From a virus, in the IMG/VR virus record IMGVR_UViG_3300015242_000020, positions 1 to 64,000 of that record: DNA of 64,000 nt; one strand, 5' to 3'. How positions within the stretch are numbered: position 1 is the stretch's first letter; every line of letters begins with the position of its first letter. The translations under genes and the position numbers were made by a program. Shown here piece by piece: positions 19,501 to 28,893 of this stretch. The notes under the pieces were generated by a model. The model had not been told where the DNA came from. It saw only the letters and a program-made list of their open reading frames with translations, and ran no database searches.

Positions 19501-20564
19501 TGGGTATTGCCGTCGGGGTAGAGAAACCGCGAGTTGATATCGAAGGCGAACCAGAACGGCTTGGCCGGATTCCACTGTAGATAGTGGTTATCGACATCGA
19601 TAAAGCACGGGTAGACGTGCGAAAACGCCACCTGGGTCGCAGTCGGGTGCGGCGGAAACTGCTCGGGGGTTGCGGACGTGCCCTGCAGCTGCACGAGCGG
19701 GTAAGCCAACGGCTCATCGGATGCGGTGAACGTGGAGTCAGGGACATCATTCGACCAGTACACGCTGGTGTGCGCACCCACCGTCAGCGGATCGATATTG
19801 AACCGATCGATCGTCTGGCCATTACCGTTGGCGTCGCGAGTGTCCACATAGAAATTCACCACCGCGAAACTGACTGGCATCGGATCGGAGCGCCAGTAAT
19901 CGGCGTCATCGCCGTCGATCACATTGGACGGGCTGTCCTGCTTCAGCGAAAAGGAGACCGGGCTGCCCAGCATGTCGGTGGTCTCGGCGAAATCAGCCGT
20001 GTAGTAGACCGGGTCGCCATAACGTGGCGCATCGGCCTTGGAGTAGATGTCGTAGCCGATCTGCACATTGCGCAGACCCAGCGAATAGGGAGCGAGCTTG
20101 CCGGCGGTGTCCTTGGGGAGATGACCTTTGGGGTTGCGAGTAAGCCGAAACCGGATCGCGGCCGTCTCGATCGGGGTGAGCGCGAAGGTGATCGGAATCC
20201 AGTGATGCGGCCCGTAGTGCTGGGTATGCGCCACGTTGGACAGCACGTTGATCTTGGCTGGGTAGGAGTCGGCCACCGTGTAGGTTGCGGGGCCGCCCTT
20301 GTTGGCCAGCTGTAGCGGCTTCCACAGGTTGTCGTCGGGATCCTGGTATTGCACCTGCATGGCGTGCGGAAAGTGCGCGGTCTCCACGTGAATTGCGTTG
20401 ATCAGTCGGGGGTTACGGAAATTCAGCTGCATGACGTCGGCGGAGGGGTCCGAGCCCAGCCGGGGGTTGGTCGACCAAAAGTTGGCCTGGGTCGGGTCGG
20501 CGGCGACCGAAGCGGAGGCCTGGGCGGTGGTCCCGCCGATCGTGATGGTGGCGACCGCGCTCAT
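16551..20564 (-). CDS. large baseplate/minor tail protein with lectin-like insert
   Basis: 1337 aa, beta-rich; WWRIR..VYWETSADG insert; synteny. Confidence 0.8.
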   Translation of the reverse strand: MSAVATITIGGTTAQASASVAADPTQANFWSTNPRLGSDPSADVMQLNFRNPRLINAIHVETAHFPHAMQVQYQDPDDNLWKPLQLANKGGPATYTVADSYPAKINVLSNVAHTQHYGPHHWIPITFALTPIETAAIRFRLTRNPKGHLPKDTAGKLAPYSLGLRNVQIGYDIYSKADAPRYGDPVYYTADFAETTDMLGSPVSFSLKQDSPSNVIDGDDADYWRSDPMPVSFAVVNFYVDTRDANGNGQTIDRFNIDPLTVGAHTSVYWSNDVPDSTFTASDEPLAYPLVQLQGTSATPEQFPPHPTATQVAFSHVYPCFIDVDNHYLQWNPAKPFWFAFDINSRFLYPDGNTQDPNIHYSDLTHPIFSWGQNVLQSVPGGVRFVNSQNQAAFIPFDDHQQLGSTWRIVVVYNTHDTADFYAGLTLIYQLGEYPAVSQTFAMAPFGVNPANLRICGYPDTNNPGIPGISIRNFILKTVPASQTDINKYLADSVNYVHRSPYEADDTHTTDNSILRLDPPLADATLCPAALVGGVGNIFDDVVWTPVARDYALKRGMLDIPPTKAKFFKFEFTNLIPETYENFVPIKRSFKIFNTTTVQNWQAVAGAASSRSSTMANVPGVASSQALTTGQYADAVATLQAMTSSSSHNPTAALVANDPATAAQIASTGWIWGFQPWHVGSSAPQFLQTTRHTYETVEIEHVTKVGYFVGIKSLQAFRLDYLVDNDTDCYVEQFTDDVHVASFNGVDIAPGLITSQGGFCEVISETFTSTSNVRALQYATQQSANFQVLPDDYFTADDNSPYWQAYGDAVLKPHYGSMDVHRGFFRLTYGDLEIDTADTAGTVGSVVDSFASGISDVWASQAGSPTVEDGIASLPAGTTYSVLQTAASAPLTLLGSQVEVFSAGMPLPAAGGDTGDTEALLQVVADDGTDSLIGIGKSAGMLRMRLRSSGINSDTTLTWDPTQVWWRIRNDGSNVYWETSADGNTWTAQRQVADTAITWNLAEVTVRLTAGHFGTVANPGSWQVHSVNLGPRQQNVYGTYGNLEGLDYSQLEGGQPGGHANGGIRSSQIVPLNGGQLYAAARVTAAQTLKSPLRLSIVSALTDTVLVSTQKMFYAGQTDYFSVGYIVGSAEIPKKYGDIEGETYGVLEAGIYGTYESTPITGNVYVRLDQIGGTTDNWTVERFSLYDEPVSWSFSVDGGTTWHDSFGVVNNPHGVLSLPVSGNELKWRLRMYTPGASVSALSIRPWYEGLLRTRPTNTALSVSGPNRSVVDQYPPIETDPMWQAWDAPIPRSWWDPVPAIPPVLAAPVEGGGITPPPDGGGATPPSDTYSDTYTDGY

Positions 20565-21847
20565 GCGGTGGCTCCTGCCGTGCTGCGGGCGGCCACAAAC
20601 GGCGCTGAGACCAGCTGGCCAGAGGCTGAGGCTTTACCCAGGGTGATGGCCGAGACGCTGGCCACGGCCTTCTCCGGGCCGTAGTCGACCCTCTTGCCGG
20701 CGACGGTGCGCACCTCAAAGTCGGTGCCGGGGATCTGGGCGCCAGTGGCGGACTCGGTGTAGGCGCTGGTGGAGATGACGTCGCCGTTGTAGGACCAGCT
20801 CTCTCCCTGATAGGCCGACAGCGCCGGCTTGGGCTGCACCACCGGCAGCCCGTTGGGGTCGACCTTGAGGTAGCTGGAAGCCTTGGCTGGGCTGGCCGCG
20901 ACCTTGCTGGTCACCTCCCAGTAGATCGAATCCGCCGCGACCGAAGGGATCGTGATCGGGTTGTGGATCGCCACCCCATTGGCGTCGATGGTCAGCAACG
21001 CCTCGGCCGGCTTCATCCGGCCCATCACCTTCATCAGGTGGTAGAGCATCTCGGCGGAAAACGGCCCGCGCGGCTGGATGACGAACTCGTTGCGCCCCTG
21101 ATCGGTGGTCCGACCGAAGGTGCCCGAGCCGCCCTCGATGTCGGCGTAGGTGCCCCTTTCCATCCCCGAGTAGTAGACAAAGTCGGTCGCCACGTCGCCG
21201 TAGGTGCGGGCATTCGCCGAAGGGGGCGCCCCACCGGGATTGCTGCCGTTATTGGCGTCGACCAGCATGTAGGTCTCATACAACGAGCAGTCCAGACCAG
21301 TGACAGCCTCGGCCATCGCCACGATGCCGTTCGGTGTTCCGGTCTGCCCGATCGCTCGACTGAAGGCCTCAATTCGCGAGCGGTAGGTGGCATCCCGGGC
21401 GTCGATGGCCGCCCACTCATCCGGGTCAGCAGTGTCGGTGTAGGGATCGAGGTCGAGCTTCTCATCTGTGAGCCGACCCACCCCGAGCACCGCACCGTAA
21501 AACAGGTCGAGGTCGGAGTACTTCGCGGTGAGCACCACCGACTGCATGTGGGAGGTCTGATACATCTTCCGGAGTTGGCCCACCCCGGCGTCTCCGAGCA
21601 GCACGTTCAGCAGCCGGGTCAGGTGCGAATCGGGGGAGAGGTCGTAGAGGTCGGGGTAAAAGTGGCTGAGATTGACGGCATTGTTGGTGGCTGGCAGCAG
21701 CGGGTCGGTCACCTGACTGAGCTGCTGGGAAATCGGGACGCCGATCAGCGGTGCCTGCAGTGCCAGGATCTCGGCAGTGTCCAGATAACGAGCGCCGGCA
21801 CCGGCCTGGATCAGCTCGCCGTCACCGGCATTTGAGACGAGTGCCAT
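20561..21847 (-). CDS. baseplate wedge protein
   Basis: DLDLFYG..DATYRSRI..GTPNGI pattern; follows baseplate J. Confidence 0.75.
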   Translation of the reverse strand: MALVSNAGDGELIQAGAGARYLDTAEILALQAPLIGVPISQQLSQVTDPLLPATNNAVNLSHFYPDLYDLSPDSHLTRLLNVLLGDAGVGQLRKMYQTSHMQSVVLTAKYSDLDLFYGAVLGVGRLTDEKLDLDPYTDTADPDEWAAIDARDATYRSRIEAFSRAIGQTGTPNGIVAMAEAVTGLDCSLYETYMLVDANNGSNPGGAPPSANARTYGDVATDFVYYSGMERGTYADIEGGSGTFGRTTDQGRNEFVIQPRGPFSAEMLYHLMKVMGRMKPAEALLTIDANGVAIHNPITIPSVAADSIYWEVTSKVAASPAKASSYLKVDPNGLPVVQPKPALSAYQGESWSYNGDVISTSAYTESATGAQIPGTDFEVRTVAGKRVDYGPEKAVASVSAITLGKASASGQLVSAPFVAARSTAGATA

Positions 21848-23682
21848 TACGAACCTGTGAAGGTGTTGGCTGCCTTTGGCAGGAAGGTGCAGTCGTACAG
21901 GACCGGGATGACGTTGTCGCCGAATTGCACGTCGATCGGCCGGCCGCTCACCTGCTGGAATGCGATATGGCCACCGGTAGAGCTGACCTGCTCCAGACCG
22001 TAGGAGCCAGAGGGAGTGGCCTCCGTCTGATTGGACAGCCGGATGTTGTCGACACCATCGACATTGTGTGCATTCTGGTGAATGTCGGAGACCTGCAGCG
22101 CCGCGTCGAATCCCTTACTGGCGAGGAAGTTCGCCAGCGAATTCTTGACAGCCTGATTCACCGTGGCCGAATCAAACCCGGCGGTATACATGATGACGAA
22201 ATTCAGCTTGTAGTACTGCTTGCGGGCGGCGTGCGCCCATACGTCGGTGGTGACCAATCGCCACTGCCGCACCCGGTCCTGTACGTCGGCCGGCACCGCG
22301 TTGTAAATGTAGGAGCTGGCCGATGACAGCACAATCTGTTGGGCATCGGCGGGAGCATGGGTGGAGAGCCACTCCAGACCAAATAGCGAGGTGGGGCCAT
22401 AGCCGAACGCGGTGTTGTCGTGCACCACCCAGTAGTCGGTGCCCTGGGTGTAGGTGGTGGTGGAGATGGTGAGGGTGGTCGGGAAGTCCACGATCGGGCC
22501 GAACGCGAGCTGGACGAAGTAGTTGCCGGATGTCGGGTGTGTGCCACCGGTCTTGAACCTCACGAAGTTGTTCACGTTCAGTGCGTTGCCCGAGGTGGTG
22601 TTGAAGGCTCGCGCGGTCCGGAAGTACGTGGTCTCCGTGGCGGTGACGTTGCGGGATCCGTTGACCCAGATGTCGACCCGGTTGGCGATCCCGTTGGCCG
22701 GGTCATTGCGGGAAGCAGAGGAGGAGTACTCGAAGTCCAGGTCGTAGAGGTTCAAGTCGACCAGACCACCGGACAGCGAGTGCACCACCGGCGGAATGAC
22801 GGTGTTGTCGAAGCTGTAGCTCATGCCCGGGACCAGGATCACGCCGTTGTCGATATCGGGACCGAAAAACTGGGTGCCGGGATAGATGTATTTTGCGTTG
22901 GCCGCCGGGATGGTGGAGGTGGCCGCGCCGGAGACCACCTGCAGCTGCTCGCGCCAGCGCTGGGAGGCACCAAGCACGTTGACGTTGGTGACCGGCAGGT
23001 CGGTGCTGGCCTCAGCGGCGTCCACGATGGCCTCGGTGGTGGAGACCTGCCCGGCCGAGGACTCCAGCGCGACAGCGGCGAACATGTCCTGAGTGCCGGC
23101 CAGTCCCCGGAACACGGTGGCCTTGAACCGGGCGATCAGCTGGGCATCGGTCTCGAAGTCGGTGCCGCCGGTGGTGGGGGAGGCATTGTCGACCGACATG
23201 ATGCCGTCGACCGGGGAGGCCAGGGTGGTCAGCTGGTGCGCGGTGAGGTTGCTGGAGGTGCCCCCGACGACGGCCTGGATCGGCACGTCGACCGAGGTCT
23301 GTCCGGTGGCGAGCACGGCCGGCGCGGTGGTGGCGAAGAGCACCTGGGTGCCGGAGGTGGTGGAGATCTGGGTGCCGGTGGGGATCGTGTAGTTCTGGGT
23401 GGCTGCGGCGGTCCGGGCGAAGGTCTCCACTCCGACTCCGCGCTGGGCCTGAAATCGGGTGAAGCCGAACATCAACACGAAGTCATCCAGGTCGGCGCCG
23501 GCCTTGGAGTTGATGTCGAAGGTGTAGTTGGCCAGGAACTGATCGGAGTAGGCGCCCGCGAGCTGTTCGGCGATCACATCCAGGATCTTGCGGACTGGAG
23601 TGCCGATCGAGGTGTCCAGCTGGGGCTCGACGGTAGCGAGCGCGCCCACCATCTGGGCGGAGAGATCTGCCGCGTCAGGCAT
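21847..23682 (-). CDS. baseplate J-like protein
   Basis: GADLDDFV..FGFTR, IPTGTQ and GGTDFETDAQL. Confidence 0.9.
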   Translation of the reverse strand: MPDAADLSAQMVGALATVEPQLDTSIGTPVRKILDVIAEQLAGAYSDQFLANYTFDINSKAGADLDDFVLMFGFTRFQAQRGVGVETFARTAAATQNYTIPTGTQISTTSGTQVLFATTAPAVLATGQTSVDVPIQAVVGGTSSNLTAHQLTTLASPVDGIMSVDNASPTTGGTDFETDAQLIARFKATVFRGLAGTQDMFAAVALESSAGQVSTTEAIVDAAEASTDLPVTNVNVLGASQRWREQLQVVSGAATSTIPAANAKYIYPGTQFFGPDIDNGVILVPGMSYSFDNTVIPPVVHSLSGGLVDLNLYDLDFEYSSSASRNDPANGIANRVDIWVNGSRNVTATETTYFRTARAFNTTSGNALNVNNFVRFKTGGTHPTSGNYFVQLAFGPIVDFPTTLTISTTTYTQGTDYWVVHDNTAFGYGPTSLFGLEWLSTHAPADAQQIVLSSASSYIYNAVPADVQDRVRQWRLVTTDVWAHAARKQYYKLNFVIMYTAGFDSATVNQAVKNSLANFLASKGFDAALQVSDIHQNAHNVDGVDNIRLSNQTEATPSGSYGLEQVSSTGGHIAFQQVSGRPIDVQFGDNVIPVLYDCTFLPKAANTFTGS

Positions 23683-24112
23683 TGCCGCCTCCGATCGTGG
23701 CCGTCAGGACCAGGTCCTGCTCGTCGATGGTCTGAATGGCGATGTCGATGGTGATCGTGTCCAGGGCTGCAGTGACGGTGACCGAGGTGATCTGACCGAT
23801 CAGCTCGGCGGTAGAGAATCGGCTGGTGGCCTGGGCGAGAGCGTCGGTCTGCACCTGGTCGTACTGCACGGCCTGGTAGTTGCCGACCACCCGCAGCGCC
23901 TCCTGCTGCACCTGAAACAGCAACGTCTCCGTCATCGGCAATCCGATGAAGGTGAGCAGCGTGGAGCCCCAGCCCGGGTGGAACCGGTCGTTACCCAACG
24001 GCTCTCCCAGCGCAAGCCAGACATCCTGCTCGGTCTTCACCGCGCCGTCACAGAGCTGGTAGGAGCCACCGGAGATGGCCAGGTCTCCATCGATCAGCCG
24101 CAATCCGAACAC
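23675..24112 (-). CDS. baseplate wedge subunit, gp25/gp46-like
   Basis: GDL...EPLGNDRFHPGWGS motif. Confidence 0.8.
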   Translation of the reverse strand: MFGLRLIDGDLAISGGSYQLCDGAVKTEQDVWLALGEPLGNDRFHPGWGSTLLTFIGLPMTETLLFQVQQEALRVVGNYQAVQYDQVQTDALAQATSRFSTAELIGQITSVTVTAALDTITIDIAIQTIDEQDLVLTATIGGGNA

Positions 24113-24125
24113 CCGCCACCTCCCT

Positions 24126-24163
24126 CTACCTCTTCTGACGGCCTCCGACCTGACGCCGGCAGG
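24126..24163 (-). promoter_or_regulatory. putative late promoter CCTG-N25-AAGAGGTAG
   Basis: Shared motif. Confidence 0.6.
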
Positions 24164-24190
24164 GGATCACGAACGGCGGGAAAGATACTT

Positions 24191-24529
24191 CTATGCGCTG
24201 GTTCCGTCGGTCACCAGGCCAAGCTTCACCAGGGCCGCCAGGAGGCTCAGAGAGACCGGATCCGCCGCTGCTCGGCTTCCTGTGACCACCGGGGTGGCAG
24301 AGACGCTCAGCGCTGAGCTGAGCACCCAGGAGTAGCCATCCCGGGTCACCGTCCACAGATCACCGACAGCCGGTGCGGCTGAGCCCTTGGGGCGCCGGTC
24401 AAGCCGGACCTGGATCTCCTTGCCGAGTGTGGTGCGGGCCTGGGCGATCCCGGTGGTCAGATTCACGGCAGTGATCGAGGCACGCTGGTTGGCCAGCTTG
24501 GCCGGCTGCACGGCCGGGTTGCGACTCAT
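24191..24529 (-). CDS. putative baseplate spike/OB-fold protein
   Basis: ATG 24529 overlaps the upstream stop; PAVGDLW motif. Confidence 0.65.
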   Translation of the reverse strand: MSRNPAVQPAKLANQRASITAVNLTTGIAQARTTLGKEIQVRLDRRPKGSAAPAVGDLWTVTRDGYSWVLSSALSVSATPVVTGSRAAADPVSLSLLAALVKLGLVTDGTSA

Positions 24530-26979
24530 AGGCTTGCGCCAATCGGGAGCCCACCGATGGTGGACTGCTTGCCGATGCTGCTCCAGCCGATTCCGGAGAA
24601 ACTGGTGGTGAAACCGCCGCCGGAACGCAGGTTGCCCGAATGGGTGACCTGCTGCACGTAGCACTGGATGCCCAGAGTGGGAAAGACCGCGATCATCCCC
24701 GGGTACAGCTCCGGCATAAAGGTGATGTTGACGCTGGCCGACCAGCGGGTGGCCCAGTTGAGAGTGAAGCGGAACACCGAGAAAAAGAACTCCTGCCGGT
24801 GCCCGGAGATGTTGTCCATCGGCTCGAACTGCGGCCGGGCGCCGTAGCGGGCCAGGAAGGACGCGCCGTTGTCGTCGAACTCGGTGCCCACTCGGAACAG
24901 CGCCTTCATCAAAGCCGGCATCTCCACCGAGGCGATACCGGCGGTGGAGACCTCCTGGGCGATCGTGGAGGAGTCCCCGGCGCCCTCCACCCCGGTGGTG
25001 GCCGAGGTGACGAACCAGTGGGTCTTCATCGTCTGATCCGAGCGGGCAATGGCGAAGTTTTCCAGCATCTCGATCGGCTGGATGAGCATCTTGCCGGCGG
25101 TACCCCACCAGCCGAAGTAGTCCGGAAACCAGGCGATGAAGTCGCCGTTGGGGGCCGAGCAGTACTGCCGCAGCCCGGTGGTCATCAGCGAGTCCACGGT
25201 GTTCATGACCGGCTCGTCGTTCATCAGCGCGCGGGCGCCGGAGAGCAGCTCGCCGCCGAAGGAGTTGTTGCCGATCCACTGCCACACGTTGTAGAGCGAC
25301 GTGCCGATATTACCGTCCAATGAGGACGATCCAGTGGTGGTGGTCGTGCCGGTACTTCCGGTCGTGCCGGTGGTGGTCTTTCCCGGAGTGCCGCCGGTGC
25401 CGCTCAAGGTGGCCCCGTTGTAATCCAGAGAGGGGATCAGCCCGGCCAACGTCCAGTGGTTGCTGCCCTTCCCGGAAAACGGGTAGGTACCGACCTCACC
25501 CTGGGTGCGGGCCTCGGCGGTGGTGCCATCGCCCATGGAGATCCCGACGTGGTGCACGCCGGACGCGGAGTTATTGGAGGTGAGGAATACCAGCGCCCCC
25601 TTGGTCTTCTTCGCCACATCGATGGTGATCGGCTTGCAGTAGGAGGCCCACCCCGAGGAGGTATTGCCACTGGGAGATTGACCGTTGCGGGCCATCGCCC
25701 AATTCACCACGCCCGAGCAGTCCATCGCGGCGGGGTGCGCATTCTTTCCATCTCCAGGGTGACCACCGCCCCAGAGATAATTCACGTTCCCCGATAGGCA
25801 CCACGCCGCTGCGGTATCGGCGAAGGTGACCGAGGAATTCACCTTGAGGTTTTTCAGCCCCTGCGCCTGGGTGGGGTCCACCGCCGTGCTGGTGGTGTTC
25901 TGTTTGCCGATCTTCATGCCGGCCGGCGCGAACGCAACGTGCAGCGGCAGCTCGGGGGTATTGTTCTTCGCGCCCAGATCCCCCAGCACTTGCTGACTGG
26001 TCGAGCCGATGATCCGAGTGGCCGACTTGGATAGACCAGGGTCGTAGGAGGGTCCCCAGCCGGCGGCGGCCACGCAGACCGCGTTGCCGTTTTTCGGATT
26101 GACCAGCAGCAGCTTGCGGCCCATCCACCAGGCACGTGCCTTGGCCTCATCGACTCCGGAGATCGGAACAACGCTGCCGGAGTGCGCTCCGGCGAGACTG
26201 GTTTGCAGGTACGGCCACGCCATGGTGGCGAAGTAGGCCCCCGAGGGCTTCGTGGCCTTCGCATCGAGCTGGTTGGAGATCCTGTCATACAACGCGAAAC
26301 CACCGGAGACCTGTGGCAGATCACCGGTGCCTTTCCCGATTCCGGGAATGGATGCCTCACCGGTGCTATACGGGTTGATGCCGTTGACGTAAGAGTCGCT
26401 GCCAACCTGCGCCATCATCGAGAGCTGATCGGCCTCATTGATGATGTCCTGGGCGACCTTGGCAACGGCCTGAAACCAGTCCTCCGGCACTGCTCCGATA
26501 TGGATCTGAGCCTTGGGCCATCCACAGACCTGGGTGAGCAGATCGATGGTTTTCTGCGCCAATCCGCCATCGGTGAGCTTCGACTTCCCCATCGAGTCCG
26601 GAGACAGGTACAGCAGGCTATTCGCTGCGGATGTGGTGGGATCCCAAAACCAGTTCTGCAGCCGCTTCAGCGTGCACGATGCCTGCAGCTGCACCGAGAT
26701 CGGGCTGGTGGAGAATACCGGCACCACGTCGAGATATCCGGTGAAGACTAGTAGGCGGCGGATCCGGGTCAGATACAGCGCGACCTTGTCCATCTCGGTG
26801 AAGAGGTTGTCGTATTTCCGACCAGCGTTGGCCAGCGTAAAGCTGACCGTGGAGACGCCATTGGTAATTCGCTGCACCTGAAACTGGGTGATGTCGGAGC
26901 TGACGTTATAGATCGTGCCGTCGGCGGTCTGCAAATGAATCTCGACCGACGGAGAGTAAACCAGAGAACGTTCAGCCAT
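24526..26979 (-). CDS. baseplate hub with DPBB-like and NlpC/P60 domains
   Basis: YLWGG..DCSGVV..HHVGI (NlpC/P60); hub-like termini. Confidence 0.82.
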   Translation of the reverse strand: MAERSLVYSPSVEIHLQTADGTIYNVSSDITQFQVQRITNGVSTVSFTLANAGRKYDNLFTEMDKVALYLTRIRRLLVFTGYLDVVPVFSTSPISVQLQASCTLKRLQNWFWDPTTSAANSLLYLSPDSMGKSKLTDGGLAQKTIDLLTQVCGWPKAQIHIGAVPEDWFQAVAKVAQDIINEADQLSMMAQVGSDSYVNGINPYSTGEASIPGIGKGTGDLPQVSGGFALYDRISNQLDAKATKPSGAYFATMAWPYLQTSLAGAHSGSVVPISGVDEAKARAWWMGRKLLLVNPKNGNAVCVAAAGWGPSYDPGLSKSATRIIGSTSQQVLGDLGAKNNTPELPLHVAFAPAGMKIGKQNTTSTAVDPTQAQGLKNLKVNSSVTFADTAAAWCLSGNVNYLWGGGHPGDGKNAHPAAMDCSGVVNWAMARNGQSPSGNTSSGWASYCKPITIDVAKKTKGALVFLTSNNSASGVHHVGISMGDGTTAEARTQGEVGTYPFSGKGSNHWTLAGLIPSLDYNGATLSGTGGTPGKTTTGTTGSTGTTTTTGSSSLDGNIGTSLYNVWQWIGNNSFGGELLSGARALMNDEPVMNTVDSLMTTGLRQYCSAPNGDFIAWFPDYFGWWGTAGKMLIQPIEMLENFAIARSDQTMKTHWFVTSATTGVEGAGDSSTIAQEVSTAGIASVEMPALMKALFRVGTEFDDNGASFLARYGARPQFEPMDNISGHRQEFFFSVFRFTLNWATRWSASVNITFMPELYPGMIAVFPTLGIQCYVQQVTHSGNLRSGGGFTTSFSGIGWSSIGKQSTIGGLPIGASL

Positions 26980-26982
26980 TGC

Positions 26983-27651
26983 TCACCATATCGACTCGTG
27001 CTGCCTGCCACCGCCGCCTCCGCCACCACTGGTGGTGTCGGGGATCTGAGAGACGGGGATCGGGTCGTAGAGCGTGCCCTGCAGAGAGACCGCTCCGGAC
27101 TGCTGGTTACCGGCCGGATAAAAGTAGGGCGCCTCCTTGGTGTCCTTGCTGGGCAACTTGAACTGCGAAATACCCGCCAACGCGCTCTTCTGCCCTACCG
27201 CCGAGATCGGGCTGGACGCACCTACGAACCGCATCTGGGCTGTGTACTGCAGCACCGGGGGCGTCTGCTCGCCGTAAGTCAGCGGACCCAGCGGGATCCC
27301 GTTGAAGGCGGTGTTGCGAGCCGGCACCTGCACGAAGACGTATCCGCCGATCGACTGGTTGGAGGAGACCTTGCGCATGTAGTTGCGCAGCCAGTTGTTG
27401 AGGGAATCCCGCTCGGCCTTTGACTTGAAGGCGAAGATCAGGTCGTAGGCGGCGATGTACTGATTCAGCGGGTAGTAGACCCGTTGAGCAGCGGCCTCGT
27501 CCTCTGTGGACCCGATGGTCAGGGCGTAGGAGACGTCGGTGCACCGTACGGCCGCCGAGCCGTACTTGCGCACGGTCAGCAGGCAGTTGAACCCCTCGGG
27601 GTAGCCGGAGATCGTGACCTTACTGGGCACGGATCTCTCCGGTCGGACCAT
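26983..27651 (-). CDS. minor tail/baseplate protein
   Basis: Synteny; start may be GTG 27630. Confidence 0.65.
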   Translation of the reverse strand: MVRPERSVPSKVTISGYPEGFNCLLTVRKYGSAAVRCTDVSYALTIGSTEDEAAAQRVYYPLNQYIAAYDLIFAFKSKAERDSLNNWLRNYMRKVSSNQSIGGYVFVQVPARNTAFNGIPLGPLTYGEQTPPVLQYTAQMRFVGASSPISAVGQKSALAGISQFKLPSKDTKEAPYFYPAGNQQSGAVSLQGTLYDPIPVSQIPDTTSGGGGGGGRQHESIW

Positions 27652-27826
27652 AGGAGTTGCCGATCAGCTCTTCCCGGTCGGTGGAGGTCAGGTCGTGCAC
27701 GAGCCCCTGGGTGGTGAACAGGAAGCCACCCATCTCCGCTGTGTTGCCTCCCGGGTCGGTGGTAATGACCTGCGGCATCGAGATCGGGCAGTCAGCGCCC
27801 CATTGCGGGGTCACGGGTGTGGTCAT
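27620..27826 (-). CDS. small tail-region protein
   Basis: AGGAGG RBS. Confidence 0.55.
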   Translation of the reverse strand: MTTPVTPQWGADCPISMPQVITTDPGGNTAEMGGFLFTTQGLVHDLTSTDREELIGNSYGPTGEIRAQ

Positions 27827-27867
27827 TGGCTCGCCTCCTACCTCTTAGGTGGTCATTAGTCGATCGG

Positions 27868-28893
27868 CTAATAGCCCACGTAGGCACGCCCCGCGCGGAG
27901 GGCCACCAGACCTGGGACATTGTGGATGGATCCATACCGACCCTCGGCATACCGGATTCCACCGATGATGTTGGACACCGGATCGAAGATATCGGTGTTG
28001 TACGGCGCCACCGAGTTCTCGGCGAACGTGGTGTCGATGAGCTGCATCAGCCCCTTGGACGGGTGCCCGGCCGCTGCGTTCGAGTCGCCCCCGTTGACCG
28101 CCTTGGGGTTGTTGGTCGACTCGTACTGGATGATCGTGGCGACGTCGTTGATGTCCTGCGCCGATGGCGTACGGCCGAGGACTTCGAACGCAGTCTGGAT
28201 GTAGGACCGAATCTGGGCGGTCCCCACGGTGCCAGTTGTGCTGCCGCTGGTGTTGCTGCCACTGGTTCCCGGAGTCGTGGTGGTGGCGTTCGCGTCCTTG
28301 CCCTGCGCCACGTTGTTGAGGGTGTTCTCCACGAAGGTGACCACCGACTGGCCCTTGAGAGTGGTGGCCACATCCTGGGCAGACGGCCCGTTGTACTGGG
28401 TCTGACGCCAGCCCACCCCGGTCATCAGCCGAGACAGATAGGCGTCCTTGATGCCCTTGGTGACCACACCGGTGGAATCGGCCACGATAAACAGCGTCAA
28501 CGTCCACTGTGGATTAATGATCTCGTCGTTGTGGTGCACCGAATTACCGTCAGAGGAAGTAAATCCCTTGACGAAGACCTGGAAATCCCACTTGTAAGCC
28601 GGAAAAAGAAACCGCAGCGGCTTGGCGCCGGAGTTGGAGATGGCCTGCTCGGTCCAGGTCTGGACCTGCTTACGGAACCGCTCCTGCGCCTGCCATCCCT
28701 CGGTATCTCCCCGGGCCCGACTGCCATTACCGAAGGATCCGGTAACCGTCATGTCACCGAGATTCACCCCGAATACCTGCACCACTGTGCCGCCCAGCGT
28801 CCGCTGCTGCGCGGTCTTCATCTGATACGTCCAGTTCACGGCGGATGGCTCGATCGGAAAGGTGAGCCCACCCAGGCTCGCCAGCGCCACCAT
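27868..28893 (-). CDS. tail tube initiator-like protein with SLT lytic transglycosylase domain
   Basis: IQYEST.NPKAVN..DSNA..GHPSKGLMQ..DPVSNI..YAEGRYG. Confidence 0.85.
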   Translation of the reverse strand: MVALASLGGLTFPIEPSAVNWTYQMKTAQQRTLGGTVVQVFGVNLGDMTVTGSFGNGSRARGDTEGWQAQERFRKQVQTWTEQAISNSGAKPLRFLFPAYKWDFQVFVKGFTSSDGNSVHHNDEIINPQWTLTLFIVADSTGVVTKGIKDAYLSRLMTGVGWRQTQYNGPSAQDVATTLKGQSVVTFVENTLNNVAQGKDANATTTTPGTSGSNTSGSTTGTVGTAQIRSYIQTAFEVLGRTPSAQDINDVATIIQYESTNNPKAVNGGDSNAAAGHPSKGLMQLIDTTFAENSVAPYNTDIFDPVSNIIGGIRYAEGRYGSIHNVPGLVALRAGRAYVGY

